A model generated the notes under the pieces. The model was not told the origin of the DNA, searched no databases, and worked only from the letters and a program-made list of their open reading frames with translations. Position numbers and translations under genes: made by a program. Shown here piece by piece: positions 56,693 through 64,000 of a stretch of 64,000 nt of DNA. Origin of the DNA: Acidobacteriota bacterium (GTDB lineage: Bacteria > Acidobacteriota > UBA6911); contig OY761556.1 in the NCBI GenBank assembly GCA_963664705.1, positions 1 through 64,000 on the forward strand, given 5' to 3'. How positions within the stretch are numbered: the stretch's first letter is position 1; every line of letters begins with the position of its first letter.

Positions 56693-57913
56693 TTACAATG
56701 ATGATGCCTGATTTTCCTGAAATGGCGCGTCTCTGTCAACTGTCCACAAAAGTGCTAATAGAATCCAGAATAGATACCATTCTGTGGGGCGATGCAGCGG
56801 GAAGTCCACCAATGCAATTCCCAGCAATGCGGCGGTCGAAGCCGAGACGGCTCGCTGCAATGGATTTGAGGATCCGAGGGAATGGGAGGCAGCCAGCCAG
56901 ACAACCGCCAGAAATGCGACGAGGCCGATCATCCCATAGTCCACCAGGTATTCCAGGTAGTCATTGTGGGCATGGTCCTGCAGCCCGGCGAATGAATTGT
57001 CGGAACTCTCTGGATCATTTTTTAGCTGAGAGGTTTCCCATTCGGCAAAACGCAGACGGAAGGCCCCCGGTCCAAACCCGGTTATTGGGATTTGCCAAAT
57101 ATGCGTGATTGTGGTCTGCCAGATGTATATCCTGCCCTCAATGGTCTTCTTCAGTGGACGGGCGGGCGAAAAGAAGATGAGCAGGATGCCAAAGGCCAGC
57201 CCAGTGAGTGCAACCGGCATCCTGAATTCGGATTTGCGAAAGAGAAGCCATATGCCGCCGAGAAGCAGGCCAAGAACCGGCGCCCGGGATCCGGTCGCCG
57301 CGATGGCGCCCGCTTGAAGTGCCAGGGAGATAATCCGGAATACGCGCCAGGTCCGGTGGTTCTTTCCTGCGGGAATTTCGAAGCCCCAAAACGTGAGTAG
57401 TAAGGCGGCTGTCAGAAAGGCGGCCACGAAATTCGGATTCCCCAGCGTGGAAAAAACCCGCACCCTCGAACCTTGCAGCGATCCGGTCAGATTCAACATT
57501 CTGTACGGATCCAGCGAGACATATTGGAGAAGCGCAATGGCTGCAACCAGCGTCGCGCTCAAGATCAGTGCCTGGATCTGGAGGCGGGGGCGCGGCCGCG
57601 TGCAGACTAACAGGATGAAGCCGATGCATGGCAGGAGGTTTCGAATCAGCTCGCCGATGGACGCTTCTTCGCTCCTTCCGGCCGAAAGCGAAATGGCAAT
57701 GATCCAAATAGCTCCCGCCAGCAAAGCCCTGGATGGGAGCCTTTCGCGCAGAAGTCTGCCAGAACAAGCCAAGGATAGCGTGAGAAGAATCCAGATTAAT
57801 CCCAGCCATTCCTTTGCCGTGGAGAAGGGTTGCAGAGCCGGCGGCCAGAATGCCAGCGGGATCAAAAACAATGCTCCCGCCGTGATCCACTCGTAGAAGC
57901 GCAAGATTGACAC
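56693..57913 (-). CDS. O-antigen ligase (Wzy_C) family membrane protein; GTG start inferred
   Basis: STLGNPNF, TGSRA, RIYIW, GFGPG, HAHNDYLE, DFPLH; many TM segments. Confidence 0.85.
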   Translation of the reverse strand: MSILRFYEWITAGALFLIPLAFWPPALQPFSTAKEWLGLIWILLTLSLACSGRLLRERLPSRALLAGAIWIIAISLSAGRSEEASIGELIRNLLPCIGFILLVCTRPRPRLQIQALILSATLVAAIALLQYVSLDPYRMLNLTGSLQGSRVRVFSTLGNPNFVAAFLTAALLLTFWGFEIPAGKNHRTWRVFRIISLALQAGAIAATGSRAPVLGLLLGGIWLLFRKSEFRMPVALTGLAFGILLIFFSPARPLKKTIEGRIYIWQTTITHIWQIPITGFGPGAFRLRFAEWETSQLKNDPESSDNSFAGLQDHAHNDYLEYLVDYGMIGLVAFLAVVWLAASHSLGSSNPLQRAVSASTAALLGIALVDFPLHRPTEWYLFWILLALLWTVDRDAPFQENQASSL

Positions 57914-58060
57914 AAGGGCATTTTCGTGGATTCTCCCGTCCAAAAGCAACTGAGATGAAGGGTCCCGCAAATATTCCCTTTGTTTCGAAGTGGGGACTTG
58001 GGTCTTGGAGTCTGGAAGGCTTAGAGGTACAGTTATGGTCCGTTTTACGAGTGAGGATAA

Positions 58061-59857
58061 ATGAAAAGAGAAGATATACGCAACATTGCCATCATTGCTC
58101 ATGTCGACCACGGGAAAACAACTCTTGTGGACGCCATGTTGAAACAAAGCGGTACATTCCGCGAAAATGAACGAATTACGGAACGGGTGATGGATAACCT
58201 CGATCTCGAAAGAGAGCGGGGTATCACGATCATGGCCAAAAACACGGCCATTCACTACGGATCCGTAAAGATAAATATCGTGGATACGCCGGGCCATTCC
58301 GATTTTGGCGGAGAGGTTGAGCGCGTTCTCAAAATGGTGGATGGCGTTATGCTTCTGGTGGATGCATCGGAAGGGCCGCTGCCGCAAACACGTTTCGTAC
58401 TGCGAAAGGCTCTGGAACAACACCTGCCCGCGATCGTTGTCGTCAACAAAATTGACCGCTCCGATGCCAGGCCTCAGGAAGTGGTCAACGAAATCTACGA
58501 TCTTTTCATTGATCTCGATGCCGGGGAGGAGCAGATCAATTTTCCCATCCTCTACGCCATAAGCAAATTCGGAGTCGCAAAGCGAAATCTCGAAGATGAT
58601 TCCCAGGATCTGCGACCTCTTTTCGAACAGATACTGGAAACCATTCCGGCGCCGGAGCCTCTGCTGGAGGACACGCTGCAGGTCCTGGTCACAACGCTTG
58701 ATTACAACGACTATGTAGGGCGCATTGCTATCGGGCGCATTTTTTCCGGCAAAATTGCCGTTGGAGATACTGTCTCGGTCTGCAAGCTGAACGGATCCAT
58801 CGAAAAGCCGCGCATTACCAAGCTGTTTACATTTGAAGGATTGAAACAGCAGCCGGTAACAGATGCCTATGCTGGAGAGATCATTGCGATAGCGGGCATC
58901 GAAGGGATCTACATCGGCGAAACGGTAGCCGATGCGGAAGATCCCAAACCTCTGCCGACCATCCAGGTTGATGAACCGACAATCTCCATGATTTTCCATG
59001 CGAATACTTCTCCGCTGTCCGGCAGGGACGGGAAGTATGTGACCTCGCGACACATCAGGGCTCGACTCGAGAAGGAGGCTTTGGCAAATGTGGCCATTCG
59101 AATCGATGAAACCGACGAGGTGGATAGCTTCAAGGTTTCGGGTCGAGGCGAATTGCAGCTTGCTATCCTGATTGAAATGATGCGCCGGGAAGATTACGAA
59201 ATTCAGGTCTCCAAGCCGGAAGTGATCACCCGGGAGATCGATGGCACGCTGATGGAACCGATCGAGCAGGTCATCATCGACTGTCCCGAAAACTTTATCG
59301 GTGTTGTAACGGAAGGGCTGGGGCGGCGCAAAGGGAAGATGACTAAAATTGTGGATCACGGGGCCGGACGCGTTCGAATGGATTTTGAGGTTCCCTCCAG
59401 GGGCCTGATTGGTTTTCGCTCGGACTTCCTGACCGACACCAAAGGGACCGGACTCTTCAATTCGATGTTCCTGCGATGGGGGCCCTGGACAGGGGAGATA
59501 GCCAACCGCCTGACCGGTGCACTGGTGGCCGATAGAGCGGGAGTGGCTACCAGCTATGCCCTCTATAACTTACAGGAACGCGGTGAACTTTTTGTGAAGC
59601 CGGGAACAGAGGTATACGAAGGGATGGTCATCGGCGAGAATGCCCGGAACGCTGATCTCGATGTGAACGTTACAAAAGAGAAAAAGCAGACCAATATGCG
59701 CGCTTCAACCGCCGACGAGGCAATCCGCCTGGTTCCTTTCCGGGACCTATCTCTGGAGCAAGCCCTGGAATTTATTAATGAGGATGAATTGGTTGAAGTA
59801 ACGCCTAAGTTCATCCGCCTGCGAAAAAGATCACTTGCCGGCCGCCATCGGTTCTAA
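58061..59857 (+). CDS. typA: Translational GTPase TypA/BipA
   Basis: [39 protein letters not shown]. Confidence 0.97.
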   Translation: MKREDIRNIAIIAHVDHGKTTLVDAMLKQSGTFRENERITERVMDNLDLERERGITIMAKNTAIHYGSVKINIVDTPGHSDFGGEVERVLKMVDGVMLLVDASEGPLPQTRFVLRKALEQHLPAIVVVNKIDRSDARPQEVVNEIYDLFIDLDAGEEQINFPILYAISKFGVAKRNLEDDSQDLRPLFEQILETIPAPEPLLEDTLQVLVTTLDYNDYVGRIAIGRIFSGKIAVGDTVSVCKLNGSIEKPRITKLFTFEGLKQQPVTDAYAGEIIAIAGIEGIYIGETVADAEDPKPLPTIQVDEPTISMIFHANTSPLSGRDGKYVTSRHIRARLEKEALANVAIRIDETDEVDSFKVSGRGELQLAILIEMMRREDYEIQVSKPEVITREIDGTLMEPIEQVIIDCPENFIGVVTEGLGRRKGKMTKIVDHGAGRVRMDFEVPSRGLIGFRSDFLTDTKGTGLFNSMFLRWGPWTGEIANRLTGALVADRAGVATSYALYNLQERGELFVKPGTEVYEGMVIGENARNADLDVNVTKEKKQTNMRASTADEAIRLVPFRDLSLEQALEFINEDELVEVTPKFIRLRKRSLAGRHRF

Positions 59858-60002
59858 GGATTTTATGGATCGGCAATTCGGGGAATTTGCGATAAAGGCA
59901 GCTGCCTAGCCGCGAAAATTCCTCGGATTGCCCAAAGGCGAATCGATTGAACTCCAGCAGCCCCAATTCCGTATTAATCATCGAACACACGAAGGGGGGG
60001 CT

Positions 60003-60263
60003 ATGGAGATCGGAATTCTGTTCGGATTTTTTCTGATTATCGGAATCGTCCTGCTGCTGCTGAAGGTGGTGGTCGGGCTGGTCATTCTTCCTTTCAAAAT
60101 CGGGTTTGGGCTCATCAAGCTGCTGGCGGGGATTCTGATTGGGATTCCCTTGCTGGTCCTGCTCGTCGTCTTTGGGGCGGCTGTTGTTCCCATTCTTGTC
60201 ATGGCGGCGGTGGCTGCCATTTTCATCGTGCCGGTTGTCCTCGTCGCAAAAGCCATCTTTTAG
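60003..60263 (+). CDS. Small hydrophobic membrane protein
   Basis: 86 aa, almost entirely hydrophobic, with a G-rich RBS. Confidence 0.7.
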   Translation: MEIGILFGFFLIIGIVLLLLKVVVGLVILPFKIGFGLIKLLAGILIGIPLLVLLVVFGAAVVPILVMAAVAAIFIVPVVLVAKAIF

Positions 60264-60366
60264 CAGGGCCGCATTGCGCCAAAGATCCGATGGGAGGCCC
60301 TTTGAGCCTTTACGTCTTTGGCGCCAGGATGCTATAACTCGGAGCTTAACAACTCCGGGGATGATC

Positions 60367-62874
60367 ATGAAAAGATACGCGTGCCTGATCTGCTTGTTGT
60401 GCATGGCCTTAACCGTTGTCCTTCATGCCGAAACGGGCCAGGAAGCCTGGTTGCGATATGCTCCCCTGAAAAACTCCGTTCGGGCGAAATATGCGTCGCT
60501 TCCCGCCGCTGTCGGGAGTATTGGCAATTCCAGAATCCTGGAGAGCGCGAGAGAGGAGTTGATTCGCGGTGTCCGCGGAATGCTGGGACGGACTCTCCGT
60601 TCTGAAAAAGAGTTCCCAAGAGAACCTGCTATTATTCTGACAACAGTAGATTCCCTGAAAAGTATTGCTCCCAATCTGGTCATCCCACCGGTCGGCAAAG
60701 AAGGCTATTGGCTGGGGGGAGTTAATATCCGTGGCAACCTGTGTCTTGTGGTTGCATCCCCGGATGAGCGAGGGATCCTCTATGGCGTCTTTGCGCTCCT
60801 CAGCAAGATAGCGCGTGAAGAGGACGTCAAGCTGCTCCATGATGCGCAATCTCCTTCCGCCCCAATCCGCTGGGTTGATCAGTGGGACAATCTCAACAGC
60901 ACCATTGAGCGCGGATATTCCGGACCATCCATTTTTTTTGAAAACGACAACGTTCGAGCGGATCTATCCCGCGTGGGCGAATATGGGCGTTTGCTCGCCT
61001 CGATCGGAATTAATGGCTGCACGATCAACAATGTGAATGCAAATCCGCGCGTCATTCAGGATGAATTTTTGCCCCAATTGGCCAGGATTGCCGATGCGTT
61101 CCGGCCATGGGGCGTTCGCCTGGGCGTATCGATAGATTTGAGCAGCCCTCAAAAAATCGGTGGCCTCAACACCTTTGATCCGGCAGACCCGAGAGTTCTG
61201 GAGTGGTGGGAGAAGCGAATCGATGCAATCTATCGGTATATACCCGATTTTGGCGGTTTTACCGTAAAGGCGGATTCCGAAGGACGACTGGGGCCCTCCC
61301 AATACGGGCGTACGCCGGCCGACGCCGCCAACATGCTTGCCCGCGCGCTTAAGCCGAATGGAGGCGTCCTCTTCTATCGCGCATTTGTTTATGATCACAA
61401 TCTCGATTGGCGCAACCCGAAGAATGACAGGGCTCGTGCTGCGTATGATATCTTCCATCCCCTCGACGGCAAGTTCGATGACAACGTCATTATTCAGATC
61501 AAGCATGGCCCCATAGACTTTCAGGCGCGCGAACCGGTCTCCCCGGTTTTCGGAGGACTTCAGAAGACACGGACTGCCGTGGAACTGCCTGTGATGCAGG
61601 AATACACGGGGCAGCAGCGCCACCTCTGCTTCCTGATGCCCTATTGGAAAAATATTCTCGATTTCGATCTCCAGGCGAACGGCTCGAGCACACTTGTGAA
61701 GAATATTCTCGCAGGCAGGAGTTTTGGAACAGCGGGGGGAGGCTATGTTGCGGTCGTGAACGTGGGGATGGAACCGAACTGGCTGGGACACCCGATGGGG
61801 ATGGCAAATTTATTCGGATTTGGACGGCTTGCCTGGAACCCCGATCTGTCTGCGAGCGATATCGCCGATGAATGGACGCGCCTTACCTTCGGTACGGAGC
61901 AGAAGACCGTTCTGACGATCTCCAATATGTTGATGAGTTCCTGGGAGACCTATGAAAGCTACACCGGACCGTTAGGAGCTCAGACCTTTACCGATATCCT
62001 CGGCAGCCATTTTGGCCCGAACGTGGAAGCCTCGGAGCGAAATGGCTGGGGGCAATGGCACCGTGCCGATCAGAACGGTATCGGGATGGACCGCACTGTT
62101 GTCAGCGGGACGGGATTTACCGGCCAATATGCGCTTCCGGTGGGTGCCGTGTACGAATCGCTTCAGACCATTCCCGACAACCTGCTCCTCTTCTTTCATC
62201 ATGTCCCGTATACCTACCGGCTTCAATCGGGCAAGACTCTGATCCAGCATATCTATGATGTCCATTACCAGGGCGCCGAACAGGCGGAAGCCTATGTGGA
62301 CCAGTGGAGAACTTTGGAGGGATCCATGGATGAAGCGCGATTCCGCCAGGTATTGGATCGGCTGGAATTCCAGGCAGGGCATGCGCGCGTATGGCGGGAT
62401 GCCATATGCAACTACTTCCAAAAGCTATCTGGTATCCGCGATGCATCCAATCGCGTCGGGAACTATCCGGACCGCGTCGAAGCCGAGAGTATGCAATTGA
62501 ACGGCTATGCGATTATCGATGTCACTCCCTGGGAGAATGCTTCCGGCGCCAGGGGAATTGAATGCAATAACCCACAGGGCTGCAGCGCCATTTTCCGCTT
62601 CGACCGTTCAGCGGGCTGGTACGACATGGAAGTAGAGTACTACGACCTGCCTGACCGCGAATCAAAGTTTCGCGTGCTGATCAATGGCCAGTTTGTCGAT
62701 GCATGGGTCGCAAACAACCATCTCACGGCGAAGAAGCCCGGAGGGGATTCCTCGAGTCGCAGGCGAATTAAAGGCCTGGCGCTTCGAACTGGCGATGAAA
62801 TCAGAATTGAAGGGATTCCTGACCGCGATGAACATGCCGGTCTGGATTTCGTGAGTGTTTATGGAAGCAGATAG
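60367..62874 (+). CDS. aguA: GH67 alpha-glucuronidase with C-terminal CBM-like module
   Basis: AWLRY, QWDNL..TIERGYSG, INNVNA, KADSEG, KHGPIDFQAREP, QEYTGQQRH, LLFFHHVPY. Confidence 0.94.
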   Translation: MKRYACLICLLCMALTVVLHAETGQEAWLRYAPLKNSVRAKYASLPAAVGSIGNSRILESAREELIRGVRGMLGRTLRSEKEFPREPAIILTTVDSLKSIAPNLVIPPVGKEGYWLGGVNIRGNLCLVVASPDERGILYGVFALLSKIAREEDVKLLHDAQSPSAPIRWVDQWDNLNSTIERGYSGPSIFFENDNVRADLSRVGEYGRLLASIGINGCTINNVNANPRVIQDEFLPQLARIADAFRPWGVRLGVSIDLSSPQKIGGLNTFDPADPRVLEWWEKRIDAIYRYIPDFGGFTVKADSEGRLGPSQYGRTPADAANMLARALKPNGGVLFYRAFVYDHNLDWRNPKNDRARAAYDIFHPLDGKFDDNVIIQIKHGPIDFQAREPVSPVFGGLQKTRTAVELPVMQEYTGQQRHLCFLMPYWKNILDFDLQANGSSTLVKNILAGRSFGTAGGGYVAVVNVGMEPNWLGHPMGMANLFGFGRLAWNPDLSASDIADEWTRLTFGTEQKTVLTISNMLMSSWETYESYTGPLGAQTFTDILGSHFGPNVEASERNGWGQWHRADQNGIGMDRTVVSGTGFTGQYALPVGAVYESLQTIPDNLLLFFHHVPYTYRLQSGKTLIQHIYDVHYQGAEQAEAYVDQWRTLEGSMDEARFRQVLDRLEFQAGHARVWRDAICNYFQKLSGIRDASNRVGNYPDRVEAESMQLNGYAIIDVTPWENASGARGIECNNPQGCSAIFRFDRSAGWYDMEVEYYDLPDRESKFRVLINGQFVDAWVANNHLTAKKPGGDSSSRRRIKGLALRTGDEIRIEGIPDRDEHAGLDFVSVYGSR

Positions 62875-62904
62875 ATCAAGAGATACTAGAGCGAGTCGAG
62901 AAAC

Positions 62905-63444
62905 CTATTCCGGGGGCTGAAGGGTTTTTTTGAGCGGACCAAGATCGTAATTCTGTGCTTTCAGACGCTGCAGAATGGCTTCATAGGTGCCGGTATCCAT
63001 GTGAGGCTTGCGGCTGAGAATCCATAGGTAGGTTCTTTTGGGATGCCCGATGACGGCATATTCGTATCCGGGGGCAAGGTCAATAATCCAGTAATCGCCG
63101 GAGAAAGGCCAAAAAAAGCTCACTTTCAATTTTGAATTTGTTTGTTTGTCGACAACCCAGGCTTTTCCCTTTGCCTGCCGCATTTTGCCGTCGAGGGTCT
63201 TATCCCGGCATTCATTCAGGACGTTCACCTTGCCATCGTTGCGTAGCGAATAGGTCGCGGTGCTTGCAGTGCAGCCCTTTTGAAACCATTGCGGGAAGCT
63301 GGCGATTTCATACCACTTGCCCATATAGCGTTCGAGTTCCACCTTGGGAACCGTTCGCAGGGGTGGCAGATTGTCCGCCGCGCGGATGATCTGAGGGAAG
63401 AGGGCGGCCGTGGCAATTATGCAAAATCCTAATATGCTTCGCAT
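62905..63444 (-). CDS. blc: Bacterial lipocalin
   Basis: YMGKWYEIA, VSFFWPFSGDYWI, YLWILSR. Confidence 0.92.
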   Translation of the reverse strand: MRSILGFCIIATAALFPQIIRAADNLPPLRTVPKVELERYMGKWYEIASFPQWFQKGCTASTATYSLRNDGKVNVLNECRDKTLDGKMRQAKGKAWVVDKQTNSKLKVSFFWPFSGDYWIIDLAPGYEYAVIGHPKRTYLWILSRKPHMDTGTYEAILQRLKAQNYDLGPLKKTLQPPE

Positions 63445-63557
63445 GTTTGCTATATGTAGGATGCCGCTTCTCAGTTGTCAAATACGTCTGCAGGCGCTTT
63501 TTGCTTTCCGCCTGCCTCAGGGTTTGGGTCCCTGAGGCAGGCGATGCGGATATGGGC

Positions 63558-64000
63558 CTAGTTGCCTCCGACAATCCGGTACAGTTGGCCCCGAAGCGAT
63601 ACCACCAGTTCTTCGCCGGGACGTTGAGTGGCAAGAACCTGGTTTTCGGTAACGCTGTTTTGAGCAGCCAGCCTGAAATATTCCTCGCTGAACTGGGTAA
63701 CTGTTTTTGCCTGGGCATTGAGCTTTGATATGTCCTTATCTGAAACGGAGCTGTCGATCCACTGTCGGCCTCTTTTATAGAGCGCACGATTTCCAACATT
63801 CTGAACGCTGTTCAGATGCTCGGTTTCATTGGACTCATAACTGGAGAGTTTGCTTTTGCCCATTTGGGCGGAACCTTTACCGGGCAGAGACGGAGCGGGA
63901 GCAACGGTTGCATTATTCATGGCAGATCGATTCATGGCATTCATCTGTCCCACACCGCCGCTTACGTCTGAGATTAGTGTGCTCGAGGCGCTGACGCCCT
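63558..64000 (-). CDS. C-terminal fragment of a gene starting beyond the window (resembles tails of VIT/vWA proteins)
   Basis: VQNVGNRALYKRGRQWIDS...FSEEYFRL; frame appears open to the window edge. Family call is tentative. Confidence 0.55.
   Translation of the reverse strand, partial: GVSASSTLISDVSGGVGQMNAMNRSAMNNATVAPAPSLPGKGSAQMGKSKLSSYESNETEHLNSVQNVGNRALYKRGRQWIDSSVSDKDISKLNAQAKTVTQFSEEYFRLAAQNSVTENQVLATQRPGEELVVSLRGQLYRIVGGN

Noticed and set aside
56693-59359. 888-aa ORF as a single fusion protein
   Set aside because: The N-terminal part is the stop-free antisense frame of typA; only about 57913-56693 has O-antigen-ligase motifs.
60139-60366. N-terminal extension of the GH67 ORF
   Set aside because: Overlaps the small membrane protein gene; the signal peptide begins at the ATG at 60361/60367.
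1-64000. rRNA, tRNA, prophage or defence-system genes
   Set aside because: None recognised by eye; a tRNAscan/Rfam run would be needed to exclude small RNAs.

Overview
Gene-dense bacterial chromosomal window of moderately high GC. The gene content suggests an anaerobic, polysaccharide-degrading organism, possibly Acidobacteriota; this is inference, not proven. In order along the window: (1) two tandem S8 subtilases with C-terminal [G/A][V/I]LWGD hexapeptide arrays, followed by a multi-TM histidine kinase; (2) a peptidoglycan amidase coupled to an actin-fold ATPase resembling haloarchaeal volactin; (3) zupT, a HAD hydrolase, a BON protein, an alpha-2-macroglobulin and a long TonB-like protein; (4) a hexuronate/xylose locus (UroD/MtaA-family methyltransferase, ROK, exuT, uxaC, GH2, LacI, GH3, xylB); (5) an intact IS110/IS1111-type element inserted in a REP-like repeat, whose bridge/seek RNA guides can be read directly from the sequence; (6) a two-component system and a heterodimeric ABC exporter; (7) an hdrC-hdrB-hdrA(L)-mvhD(Sec)-metV-metF operon; (8) a ferritin-like protein, EAL-HDOD, alr, an O-antigen-ligase-like protein, typA, a GH67 alpha-glucuronidase and a lipocalin. 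The best leads are the WGD-repeat protease plus sensor module, the amidase-volactin pair, a possible 4-O-methylglucuronate demethylation route, and the REP-programmed bridge RNA. All protein assignments come from motif recognition by eye; no database searches were run.
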